Sequence record: SRR9188677_212 | Strand: one strand, 5' to 3' | Length of the DNA: 32,200 nucleotides | Part shown: one piece after another, positions 1 to 8,316 of the stretch | How positions within the stretch are numbered: the first letter of the stretch is position 1 | Layout: each line of letters begins with the position of its first letter | Made by a program: the position numbers and the translations under genes | Notes under the pieces: model-generated | Told to the model about the DNA's origin: nothing | The model's input: the letters and a program-made list of their open reading frames with translations, nothing else | Databases searched by the model: none

Positions 1-767
1 CTAAAATCCACATTTTTAGGCATTTCCCCTTCTATTAAGGGTAGTCCAGCTGCGTATTTAATACCTGCCCAAAGATGATTTAAGAAAAGTGGTTCAGAAA
101 ATGTTTCATCGGTATGACCCATTGCTGTATAAAAGGAACGACCGCCATCAAATTCTTGATACCAACTCATCGGGTGATTCTCGCCATTTTTCCCTCCCTT
201 ATAACTTTTTTCATCAAGCGATAACGCTACATTGATTTTGGAAGAAATGTCTCTGAAATTATAGAACTCATCTGTTTTTTCAAATTCGTCTGGCATTCCT
301 TGTGTAGCCCAATGGTTTTTAAGATTTACCTTAAATTTTCCTTTTTGCACATTGTTTGGCGACGGATGGTCTAAAAAGTACGCTCCCACTAATTTTCCAT
401 ACCAAGCCCAACCATACTCGCAATCAGTAGCAGCATGAACACCCACATAACCACCTCCCGCTTGAATATATCGTTCAAATACATCTTGCTGTACATTGTT
501 CAGAATGTCTCCAGTGGTATTAAGAAAAAGTACTGCGTTATATTTTTTAAGGTTCTTTTCATTGAAAATTTCTGCATCTTCTGTAAAGGTTACATTGAAG
601 TTTTTCTCTTTCGCCATTAACTCCAATGCTTTTTTCCCAGCTGGAATAGATTCATGCCTAAATTCCACTGTTTTGCTAAAAACAAGCATATTAAATTTAG
701 CCTGAGAGAATACTCCGAACGGAAGAAGAATACACCCAATAAGCTTTAAGATTCTTGATAATTTCAT
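1..767 (-). CDS. Secreted ThuA-like (class I glutamine amidotransferase-like fold) domain protein, 3'-partial (runs off left edge)
   Basis: Hand translation from ATG at 767: MKLSRILKLIGCILLPFGVFSQAKFNMLVFSKTVEFRHESIPAG...VLFLNTTGDIL...YIQAGGGYVGVHAATDCEYGWAWYGKLVGAYFLDHP...GRSFYTAMGH...FLNHLWAGIKYAAG. These are ThuA-family motifs with a signal peptide. The frame is still open at position 1. Confidence 0.9.
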   Translation of the reverse strand, partial: MKLSRILKLIGCILLPFGVFSQAKFNMLVFSKTVEFRHESIPAGKKALELMAKEKNFNVTFTEDAEIFNEKNLKKYNAVLFLNTTGDILNNVQQDVFERYIQAGGGYVGVHAATDCEYGWAWYGKLVGAYFLDHPSPNNVQKGKFKVNLKNHWATQGMPDEFEKTDEFYNFRDISSKINVALSLDEKSYKGGKNGENHPMSWYQEFDGGRSFYTAMGHTDETFSEPLFLNHLWAGIKYAAGLPLIEGEMPKNVDF

Positions 768-799
768 CCTTATTTATCCTTTATTTGATTATTTCAAGA

Positions 800-807
800 C
801 AAAGTTA
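800..807 (-). promoter_or_regulatory. Bacteroidota primary-sigma -7 element (TAACTTTG) for the ThuA-domain gene
   Basis: Exact TAnnTTTG match on the minus strand, about 30 nt upstream of the ATG at 767. Confidence 0.6.
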
Positions 808-820
808 TAAATAAAAACCA

Positions 821-844
821 TATTGTATATTTTTTTATACAATA
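821..844. promoter_or_regulatory. Palindromic operator 1 (TATTGTAT-N8-ATACAATA), candidate NrtR-family site
   Basis: Perfect 9-6-9 palindrome TATTGTATA-TTTTTT-TATACAATA. A second copy lies at 898-921. It covers the expected -33 region of the leftward promoter. Confidence 0.7.
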
Positions 845-897
845 ATTTTCAAAAGAATAATTATACTATTCAAATACAGAATAAAACAAAAACATTT

Positions 898-921
898 TAT
901 TGTATTTATTTATATACAATA
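898..921. promoter_or_regulatory. Palindromic operator 2 (TATTGTAT-N8-ATACAATA), candidate NrtR-family site
   Basis: TATTGTATT-TATTTA-TATACAATA has the same arms and spacing as 821-844. It covers the expected -33 region of the rightward promoter. Confidence 0.7.
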
Positions 922-932
922 AATAATAGTGT

Positions 933-940
933 TACTTTTG
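933..940 (+). promoter_or_regulatory. Bacteroidota -7 element (TACTTTTG) for the NrtR-family gene
   Basis: Exact TAnnTTTG match, positioned as the mirror image of the 800-807 element relative to the operators. Confidence 0.55.
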
Positions 941-1130
941 TAATGCTTAATCTTTCAGACTAAACTTCTGATAACATCTTTTAAATAGTAAAGAGTAGGA
1001 AGTATATTTAAGGATAAAATTTTAGCGGTTTTCATATTTCAATACAACAAACATATAAAAATAAGACATGGTTTTACGTTCACGATGAGCAGAATCGGGG
1101 AAATCTCAACCTAAATTATTAAAAGACAAA

Positions 1131-1925
1131 ATGGAAAAAGAAATAGCTTTGAAGGAATTAGAATCTACAAGATGGATTAATTTAAGTCAACAAAATTATA
1201 TCAATCAAGTATCTATTGACTGTGTAATTTTTGGTTATCAAGACAGACAGTTAAAAGTATTAATTCCTAAACTTTCGTACAAAGGAGATTTTTGGGTATT
1301 ACCCAGTGGTTTTGTTTTGCAAGATGAAGATATTGACCAAGCTGCCGAACGCATTCTCCGTGAAAGAACAAATATTAAGGGTATCTATTTAGAGCAATTT
1401 CAAGTATTTGGAAAGGCAAATAGAAATAGTAAAGAGTTTATGAATCGCTTAAAAGATTTTAACTTAGAATATTTGAAGACAACGGATATAAATCTTGAAG
1501 ATCAACCTGACTATAACTGGTTCACAAAGCGATTCATTTCTATTGGCTACTATGCCTTAGTAGATATAAACAAAGTAGTTCCTCACAAAAGCATCGTTGA
1601 TGAGTCGATAGAATGGTATAATATCCATGAAATTCCGCCAATGGTGATGGACCATAATGAGATTTTGGAGAAAGCACTCAAAGCTTTACGCAATGATATT
1701 GACGAAAAATTAAATGTTTTTAATCTATTACCTGAAAAATTTACCATCGCCCAAGTTCAAGAAATTTATGAAACTATTTTTGAAAGGACTTATGTTAGAA
1801 CTAATTTTCAAAAGAAGATTTTGGAATTTAATGTATTGGAACGCTTAGAGAAAAAATTTACTGGAGCTGCCAATAAAGCTCCTTATTTGTACAGATTTAA
1901 GGATAAAATAAGTTTGCAACCCTAA
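1131..1925 (+). CDS. NrtR/AraR-family transcriptional regulator (degenerate Nudix domain plus C-terminal winged HTH)
   Basis: SIDCVIFGY, degenerate Nudix box WVLPSGFV..DEDIDQAAERILRERT, YLEQFQVFG, and wHTH LLPEKFTIAQVQEIYE...NFQKKIL...KAPYLYRF. Confidence 0.92.
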   Translation: MEKEIALKELESTRWINLSQQNYINQVSIDCVIFGYQDRQLKVLIPKLSYKGDFWVLPSGFVLQDEDIDQAAERILRERTNIKGIYLEQFQVFGKANRNSKEFMNRLKDFNLEYLKTTDINLEDQPDYNWFTKRFISIGYYALVDINKVVPHKSIVDESIEWYNIHEIPPMVMDHNEILEKALKALRNDIDEKLNVFNLLPEKFTIAQVQEIYETIFERTYVRTNFQKKILEFNVLERLEKKFTGAANKAPYLYRFKDKISLQP

Positions 1926-1938
1926 TTTATTTCAAGCA

Positions 1939-1972
1939 AAAAGCGGTCAAGATTAGCTTTTTGACCGCTTTT
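1939..1972. terminator. Bidirectional intrinsic terminator
   Basis: AAAAGCGGTCAA-N10-TTGACCGCTTTT stem with A/T tracts on both sides, between convergent genes. Confidence 0.8.
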
Positions 1973-2002
1973 ATTTTTTAAAACGCTTGATATTCAACGA
2001 GG

Positions 2003-2674
2003 CTATTCTTTATATTTTGTCACATATAAATCCTTAAAATAGCCTTCGGTACCAACATCCACAAATAAGCCCAAAGCACCTGAAGTGTTTTCGCCTAATG
2101 ATTCAGTAACAACTAAAGAAGGCTGTTTGGCATCATTTACAAATAGTTTAGCATACTTATCTTTTATTACGATTTTGATTTTTATCCACTCATTCAAACC
2201 CATATCAGCATAAGATTCATACATTTCAGGTTTTTCTTTTCTTAAACGATTGAATTTAAAATCAGGAAAAGAAAAGTATTGTATTGAATGATTACGGCGT
2301 ACTTGTTCATCAGCTCTACCATTGGTTGGACGAATATAAATACATTCAAACTTTGTATTATCTGCATTGATTCTGTATGCTACTCCTATAAATCCACGGT
2401 CGGATGGTGAAGCCGTTTTTAACAATCTGCTCAGTACTTTTACTTCAATAATACCATCTTTAAAATCAAGTTCTTTAATCCGAACAAAAGTTGCTTCATC
2501 TACTTTCTTTACGGTGGAATCTTTGATTACTTTCAGCACTTTCATGCCTTCTAGTTTTTCAAAAGACATGAATACTTGATTGGCCACAAGATTATTGGCT
2601 TCTAAACTGATAGTTTGAGCGAATAAATTATGATTTAGAAAAATGGCAAAAAATAAGATTAGTAATTTTTTCAT
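2003..2674 (-). CDS. Secreted beta-sandwich protein of unknown function (DUF1080/concanavalin A-like), paralog of 3692-4432
   Basis: Signal peptide (…NLFA|Q). Motifs DFKDGIIEVK, GFIGVAYR, IYIRPTNGRAD..RRNHSIQY, NEWIKIKI, GALGLFV..GYFKDL give an all-beta pattern like the DUF1080 clan. Confidence 0.7.
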   Translation of the reverse strand: MKKLLILFFAIFLNHNLFAQTISLEANNLVANQVFMSFEKLEGMKVLKVIKDSTVKKVDEATFVRIKELDFKDGIIEVKVLSRLLKTASPSDRGFIGVAYRINADNTKFECIYIRPTNGRADEQVRRNHSIQYFSFPDFKFNRLRKEKPEMYESYADMGLNEWIKIKIVIKDKYAKLFVNDAKQPSLVVTESLGENTSGALGLFVDVGTEGYFKDLYVTKYKE

Positions 2675-2810
2675 AGTTGAGGTTATCTTTGAAAGATAAG
2701 TTTTTGAATTGTATTTAATTTTTCGTAAAACTTAAATTTAAGTATTTTTTAAAATATACAAATTCTCATAAATCAAAAACTTTATTCAACTATCCTAACA
2801 CTACTGGGAT

Positions 2811-3671
2811 TCACTTCTTTAAAAAAGGAACAATACTTGCCCAAGTGGCAGTAAAATTTTCAGCAAAAACAACATGACCAGCATTCGGAATAATGCCTAA
2901 TTGGCAATTTGGTATCATATTATAAGCATTGATGACCGTGGGAAGCGGTGCATTTCTATCCAATTCGCCCGACAAAAGAAGTACAAGACATTTTATTGAA
3001 GCAAATAATGCCTTACTTGCCGTCATGGTATTATAAAAACCTGCCATTTTTGTCCAAAATTCTTGTAGTCTTTCTGGTTGTGGCATTAGCGTCCATTGCT
3101 GTTTCCAATAAGTAGTATCCAAACTTAATAATTCTTTGCTATCAAAAACTACTTTACGCAATCCAGGAATTTGTTCGCCTGCTCCAATGGCTATCATTTT
3201 CTTTACCTTTTCTGGATACATACTTGCTACTTTATAAGCCGTATAAGCTCCATCGCTAAAACCTAAAATAATCGCACTTTCTTTCGTAACGGCATTGATA
3301 ACTGCTATCACATCATTGGCTTTCTGCTCATAAGTAATGGCTGAATTGCCTATTTCAGATTTTCCATGACCACGAGTAGAAATGGCTATTACCTGAAAAC
3401 TTTGCTTTAAACTGTCAATAAAATCTGCCATTTCAATGGTAGAACCCAATATCCCACCATGTAGAATTACAATAGCTTGCCCTTTTCCATATACTTCGTA
3501 ATAGATTTTGGCATCTTTGGTTTGTGCATAATGCCCAAATTTCGGGTTATTCCCATAAGGCGTATTGTACACAACATTTGGCGGTTGAAATGCTCTTCTT
3601 AGGGTTTGTTGTGCTAAAATATTAGCACCAATAAAAAGAAAAAATATTGTTTTTAATATGCTTGATTTCAT
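2811..3671 (-). CDS. Secreted alpha/beta-fold hydrolase
   Basis: Signal peptide, IYYEVYGKG, oxyanion LHGG, RGHGKS, nucleophile elbow GFSDG, likely catalytic Asp (GELD) and His (NAGH). Confidence 0.9.
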   Translation of the reverse strand: MKSSILKTIFFLFIGANILAQQTLRRAFQPPNVVYNTPYGNNPKFGHYAQTKDAKIYYEVYGKGQAIVILHGGILGSTIEMADFIDSLKQSFQVIAISTRGHGKSEIGNSAITYEQKANDVIAVINAVTKESAIILGFSDGAYTAYKVASMYPEKVKKMIAIGAGEQIPGLRKVVFDSKELLSLDTTYWKQQWTLMPQPERLQEFWTKMAGFYNTMTASKALFASIKCLVLLLSGELDRNAPLPTVINAYNMIPNCQLGIIPNAGHVVFAENFTATWASIVPFLKK

Positions 3672-3691
3672 ACTTTTAGGTAAGTAAATAG

Positions 3692-4432
3692 TTAAATATC
3701 ATTTACTATTTCGCCAGCTTTCTTAGCTTTTAAAGCTCTTTTGGTTACTTTCAAATCTTTAAAATAACCAGTTGTGGCAATATCAACATATAAACCGATA
3801 CTTCCTTTTTTTGATTTACCTAACATTTTATCTACGATAAATGATGAATACTTAAGGTCATTGATAAACATTTCTGCTGATTCACCATTTACTTCAATTC
3901 TCATTTTTATCCATTCATTCAGAGCCACAGGAGCTGGTCCTTCATATTTGAAAGGAGCTATTTTTCGTAATGTATCAAATTTAGCATTAGGATAAGCAAA
4001 ATACTGAACCGTATGATTTCTGTACAGTTGGTTATCGGCTCTTCCAACTTTTGGACGAAGATAAATAGACTCCCAAGCTGAATTGTCTTCTTGAATTCTA
4101 TAATAAAGACCTATAAAACCTGCTGCACCAGCAAATGGTGATGGATTCTGTATTTGGCTATACATTTTCACTTCAATGGTGCCGTTTTCAAAATCATCTA
4201 AATTCAAAAGTCGTGCATAATGAACATCGTCCACAGTGGCTTCCAATCGGTTTATATCAAATGGAAAAGCCTTCAAATCTCTTTCTAATTTTAGTACTTT
4301 TTCACCCTGAAACTTTATTATTTCGCCCGTTACATTAAAAAGTTGGAAGATTTGTTTGTCGAATTGTAGGTTTTGTCCAAAACTTTCAATCGTAAAAAGA
4401 CAGAGTAAACTGTATAAAATATATTTTTTCAT
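3692..4432 (-). CDS. Secreted beta-sandwich protein of unknown function (DUF1080/concanavalin A-like), paralog of 2003-2674
   Basis: Start moved to ATG 4432 (MKKYILYSLLCLFTIESFG|Q signal peptide). DFENGTIEVK, GFIGLYYR, IYLRPKVGRAD..YRNHTVQY, NEWIKMRI, GSIGLYV..GYFKDL align colinearly with 2003-2674. Confidence 0.7.
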   Translation of the reverse strand: MKKYILYSLLCLFTIESFGQNLQFDKQIFQLFNVTGEIIKFQGEKVLKLERDLKAFPFDINRLEATVDDVHYARLLNLDDFENGTIEVKMYSQIQNPSPFAGAAGFIGLYYRIQEDNSAWESIYLRPKVGRADNQLYRNHTVQYFAYPNAKFDTLRKIAPFKYEGPAPVALNEWIKMRIEVNGESAEMFINDLKYSSFIVDKMLGKSKKGSIGLYVDIATTGYFKDLKVTKRALKAKKAGEIVNDI

Positions 4433-4507
4433 TTTTTGATTCATTAAAAATGCCACGAATGAATCATATTTTAATTCGGACATTCGTGACGATAATACAT
4501 TTGTTTC

Positions 4508-5032
4508 TTAAAACAACTTTTCTTGTGGTGGTTTTACACCTGCCAAACGAAGATAAACCGTAGTTTGTCCTCTTTGATGCGTTTGGTGCTCAAAGCTTTT
4601 TTGCAAAACCATTTCCTTGGTTAAATCAAATCTACCAAACAATTTGATATGTTCGTTTAATTGAGCTGGCGTCATCGTTTTGATAGCGTTAATCACAAAA
4701 TCATAACCTTCCATGACCAATTTCGTCACGTTAGCTTTTGATTTATCAGCCGTTTTTTCTAATTCGCCAATGCCTACGGGACTTTTTACTCCTGTTGCTA
4801 CCGACACAAAAGCATAATCTGTATCTGTTTAATGTAAAATTTGTTCAGCAAATGAACGCATTTCGGGAGTAGGTTTCAACCCATAACCAGATGCTGGCAT
4901 AGCGTCTAAGTATTCTTTGGTATAAGATTTTGCTCTTTCCCATTCTTTTGAGATTGCATCTACTGAATTTTGGGCATTTCCACTAAAGCTAATGCTTGTT
5001 AGAATAATGAAAAGGATTTTCGTGATTTTCAT
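4508..5032 (-). pseudogene. Secreted DinB-family protein interrupted by one in-frame TAA at 4829-4831
   Basis: ORFs 4829-5032 and 4508-4807 share a frame: ...KPTPEMRSFAEQILH*TDTDYAFVSVATG...EHQTHQRGQTTVYLRLAGVKPP, which are DinB/YfiT His motifs. Total 175 codons. Confidence 0.85.
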
Positions 5033-5060
5033 GTTTGAATTTTTTGATTGGTTGATGATA

Positions 5061-5068
5061 CAAAATTA
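5061..5068 (-). promoter_or_regulatory. Bacteroidota -7 element (TAATTTTG) for the dinB-led operon
   Basis: Exact TAnnTTTG on the minus strand, about 28 nt upstream of the ATG at 5032. Confidence 0.55.
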
Positions 5069-5090
5069 CTCAAACAGCATGCCTCGAACC

Positions 5091-5129
5091 CTTAACTTAT
5101 CTTAGGAAATAGGCTTAATGTAGTTTAAG
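5091..5129. promoter_or_regulatory. Tandem 16-bp palindromes CTTAA-N6-TTA(A/G)G, candidate Crp/Fnr-family boxes
   Basis: CTTAACTTATCTTAGG (5091-5106) and CTTAATGTAGTTTAAG (5114-5129) have the 5-6-5 geometry typical of Crp/Fnr sites and lie next to a Crp/Fnr gene. Confidence 0.6.
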
Positions 5130-5285
5130 AGTAAAAGCAAAATTTAGCCTTTGAAACGTAGATTAACCCTTCTTCAAGTTTATTACTTGCAATAAAGCCA
5201 GTAACTTTATGCCAAGTTTGAAGTAGCAAAAGCCATTACTTTATTATAAAAGTGATTTCATACAAATTGACAAAACACATTTTAG

Positions 5286-5885
5286 ATGCAAAATCCAACT
5301 GAGGTACTCATAGATTTTTTCAACAATTACTTATCTTTAAATCAAGAAGAAATTGCTTTGATTCTCGAAAAAATTACTCATCGAAATATCAAACGCCGAC
5401 AAATGGTTTTACAGGAAGGTTTTGTTTGTAAACACTATTTTTTTGTCGTTGAAGGATGTTTCAAAATGTATGGAATTGATAATAAAGGAAACGAACATAA
5501 CATTCAGTTTGCAGCCGAAGGAGATTGGATTATGGATATTGGCAGTTTTCATACTCAAAAACCAAGTCAGTTATTTATTGAAGCCATAGAACCCGCTGAA
5601 GTATTTCAAATAGAGCAACAAGACCTCTATTTTTTGTACTTAAATATTCCTAAGCTCGACAGGATTTTCAAAGTAATAGTAGAAAACAAATTTGTAGAAT
5701 TACAAAACCGTGTATTACAAACGTTTAGCTCAACTGCCGAAGAGCGATATTTGGATTTTCTTGAACGATACGCCGATTTAGCTTCACGCCTACCCAATAC
5801 TCAAATTGCTTCATATTTAGGAATCACACCTGAATTTTTGAGTAAAATTCGTAGAGATTTAAGTAAGCCTAAAAATAGGCATTAG
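5286..5885 (+). CDS. Crp/Fnr-family transcriptional regulator (Bacteroidota type)
   Basis: cNMP-binding-like domain (LQEGFVC..YFFVVEG...GNEHNIQFAAEGDWI) and C-terminal TAEERY...QIASYLGITPEFLSKIR HTH. Confidence 0.93.
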   Translation: MQNPTEVLIDFFNNYLSLNQEEIALILEKITHRNIKRRQMVLQEGFVCKHYFFVVEGCFKMYGIDNKGNEHNIQFAAEGDWIMDIGSFHTQKPSQLFIEAIEPAEVFQIEQQDLYFLYLNIPKLDRIFKVIVENKFVELQNRVLQTFSSTAEERYLDFLERYADLASRLPNTQIASYLGITPEFLSKIRRDLSKPKNRH

Positions 5886-6116
5886 GTTTGTTTAGTGTTG
5901 ATCTCTGTCAACTAATAAATATATCTAAAAGATAAGTTCTTGCCATATAACAATGATATATGAATACAATTAACAATCAGGTAAATAGATAGCATTACTA
6001 CTATTTTAGCAATAATACTATTCTATTTTGAACCTCTAGTGCCTTTAGACTTACAAAGTCTAAAATCATTCACAAAAAATGGCACAAAGAAATTAGATTT
6101 TTAGCGTATTTATTAC

Positions 6117-6770
6117 TTACCGATACTCTTTTCTCAGAAATTTACGAGTTGCCTCTGCCCAAATGCCATAGCCTTTGGCATTCAAATGAAGTTTATCTGC
6201 TACAAAAATATCAGACATTAATTCGCCATTGGGCAAGTAAAAATCTTTCTGAATATCAAGGAAATAAACGTTTTTAGTTTTCTTGCAATATTTTTCTACC
6301 TGTTGGTTTAAATCCTTTTCTTTTGCAATAATATGTGTTCTTGCTAAACTTGGACGCACTGAACAAAAGCCAACGACAGTATTTGGTAACTGTTTCTTTA
6401 CTTTCTGAACAAATTCTTTAAACTCTCTGAAAATAGAATCTGGACTTTCGCCTGCATTCAAATCGTTCCCTCCTTCATAAACTAAAATTACTTTGGGTTG
6501 ATATTTTGTCACGATTCTTTCAAAAAAGAAATTCAAATCGCTCATCTGAGAACCGCCAAAACCACGATTGATAACTGGAAATTCTTTCAAATCCTCTTTG
6601 AAAGTTGTCCAAAGACGAAAGGTTGAACTACCTACTAAAAGAATCTTCCCAGAAGCTGGCATATCAATCGAATCCTTGGCTTCAAAAGCTTGAATTTCAG
6701 ATAAATACTTTTGTGAAAAAGCGTAAAAAGTACTGACTTGTAATAAGGCAAGGATTAATATTTTTTTCAT
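6117..6770 (-). CDS. Secreted SGNH/GDSL-family esterase
   Basis: Signal peptide, block I LLVGSS, block II NRGFGGS, block III YEGGND, block V DKLHLN. Confidence 0.9.
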   Translation of the reverse strand: MKKILILALLQVSTFYAFSQKYLSEIQAFEAKDSIDMPASGKILLVGSSTFRLWTTFKEDLKEFPVINRGFGGSQMSDLNFFFERIVTKYQPKVILVYEGGNDLNAGESPDSIFREFKEFVQKVKKQLPNTVVGFCSVRPSLARTHIIAKEKDLNQQVEKYCKKTKNVYFLDIQKDFYLPNGELMSDIFVADKLHLNAKGYGIWAEATRKFLRKEYR

Positions 6771-6806
6771 GATTATCTGATTTTTGGATAATTTTCGGCG
6801 AGTTTC

Positions 6807-8249
6807 TTACCAAACAATCGTTGCAACAGCTCCAGCAGGTAATGATACTGTTGCTAATTTGTCCGACTGTTTTACGTTAATATCAACATTTGTACTTTTA
6901 TCGTTTTCTATAATCATCACTTTTTTCCCAGCAGGTGTCATAAAAGCAACATTAGGCAAATTGCTATTGGTAATACTTTGAATTCTTTTTGAACCCATAG
7001 GAACAAATTTTGAAGCGTGTCCAATAATATAATAACTAACATTTCGAGTAATACTTGAGCCTGAAATCGTTAATGCACCTTTGCATTCTGTACATCCTCC
7101 GGGCGTGTGTGGCTGAAAACTAGCATCATTTGCCAAATTCCATTCTAGGGCAACTTTACTCCAATTTCTTACCGAACCAATAATGACATTTTTAATATGC
7201 CATTGTAAATCTCCTGCAAAAGCTCCTTTTGAAGATGTCCATTGTTCTGTAAAATAGAGATTTTTATTTGGATGAAGCGTATGTACTTTTGACAATGCAC
7301 TAATGTCGCCCGCATACAAGTGAAATGCCGAACCGTCAATGTATTGATTGGCATCATTATCATTCAAGACATTGATGGGATAATCTGGATTATCACAGTT
7401 ATGATCCCAAACAACAATCTTAGTTTTGATATTTTCTTTACGAAAAAGTGGTCCTAAATTATTCTTGACAAAATTCGCTTGGTCAGTAAAACTCATGACC
7501 ATACTTGGATTATTTCCACCATGTTGAGGTTCGTTTTGTAGCGTTAAGGCATCAATCGTTATTCCTTCTTTTTGCATTTCAGAAATGTACTTTGCCAAAT
7601 ATTTTGCATACACTGAATAATATTCAGGAGATAAATTCCCGCCAATTGATTTTCCGTTAGTTTTCATCCAAACAGGTGCCGACCAAGGACTCCCCATGAT
7701 TTTAATGGATGGATTAATTTTGAGAATCTCTTTTAAGATGGGAATAAGATATTCTTTGTCGGGTGCTAAAGTAAATTTAGCTAGATTTTCATCTTTCTGT
7801 CCACTCTCTAAATCGTTATAACTAAATACTTTTTCGTCTAAATCAGAAGCACCAATACTGATTCTTAAATAACTGATTCCGATTGATTGAGCCTCTTTTC
7901 CGAATAATTCGTTCAATAAATTACTTCTTTCAGTTGTATTTAAAAGTCCAATTAATTTGGCACTTCCTCCTGTTAAAGTAAAGCCAAATCCGTCGATACT
8001 CTGAAATTCTTGTGTTGAATCAACTTCAATTGTCGGGTTAGTGCTGATACTTTTTAAGAAAGAAACATCTTGTTGTTTTTGTAATAAAAGAGATTGGTCT
8101 GAAGTAGTTAGCCAATAACTCAAGGTTGGATTATTAGGCGAAACGGGCGTAGTAACGACAGGTTGTTGAGGTGAAATATTGGTATTGATAGATTTACCAT
8201 CGCAAGCCCAAATTAAAAATAAAATAATTGTTTGAATAACAGAGCGCAT
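6807..8249 (-). CDS. GH30 glycoside hydrolase lipoprotein (probably endo-beta-1,6-glucanase-like)
   Basis: Lipobox LIWAC, Pro-rich linker, FQSIDGFG, LRISIGASDL, SPWSAPVWMKT, acid/base QNEP, AFHLY, nucleophile FTEQW, YYIIGHASKFV. Subfamily is inferred. Confidence 0.9.
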   Translation of the reverse strand: MRSVIQTIILFLIWACDGKSINTNISPQQPVVTTPVSPNNPTLSYWLTTSDQSLLLQKQQDVSFLKSISTNPTIEVDSTQEFQSIDGFGFTLTGGSAKLIGLLNTTERSNLLNELFGKEAQSIGISYLRISIGASDLDEKVFSYNDLESGQKDENLAKFTLAPDKEYLIPILKEILKINPSIKIMGSPWSAPVWMKTNGKSIGGNLSPEYYSVYAKYLAKYISEMQKEGITIDALTLQNEPQHGGNNPSMVMSFTDQANFVKNNLGPLFRKENIKTKIVVWDHNCDNPDYPINVLNDNDANQYIDGSAFHLYAGDISALSKVHTLHPNKNLYFTEQWTSSKGAFAGDLQWHIKNVIIGSVRNWSKVALEWNLANDASFQPHTPGGCTECKGALTISGSSITRNVSYYIIGHASKFVPMGSKRIQSITNSNLPNVAFMTPAGKKVMIIENDKSTNVDINVKQSDKLATVSLPAGAVATIVW

Positions 8250-8316
8250 ATTTGTAGGATAAATCGTCTAAGAAAGACAAGTGAAGATTTACGATAAGTA
8301 AAAATTGAGATTAAAA

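Noticed and set aside
435-705. Plus-strand ORFs 435-620 and 496-705
   Set aside because: Antisense shadows of the ThuA-domain gene, with no recognisable motifs
4433-4483. Longer N-terminus for the 3692-4483 ORF
   Set aside because: ATG 4432 gives a canonical signal peptide; the extension would bury it
4508-5032. Programmed readthrough or selenocysteine/pyrrolysine recoding in dinB
   Set aside because: The stop is TAA rather than TGA or TAG, and no downstream recoding hairpin is evident; a point mutation or sequencing error is simpler
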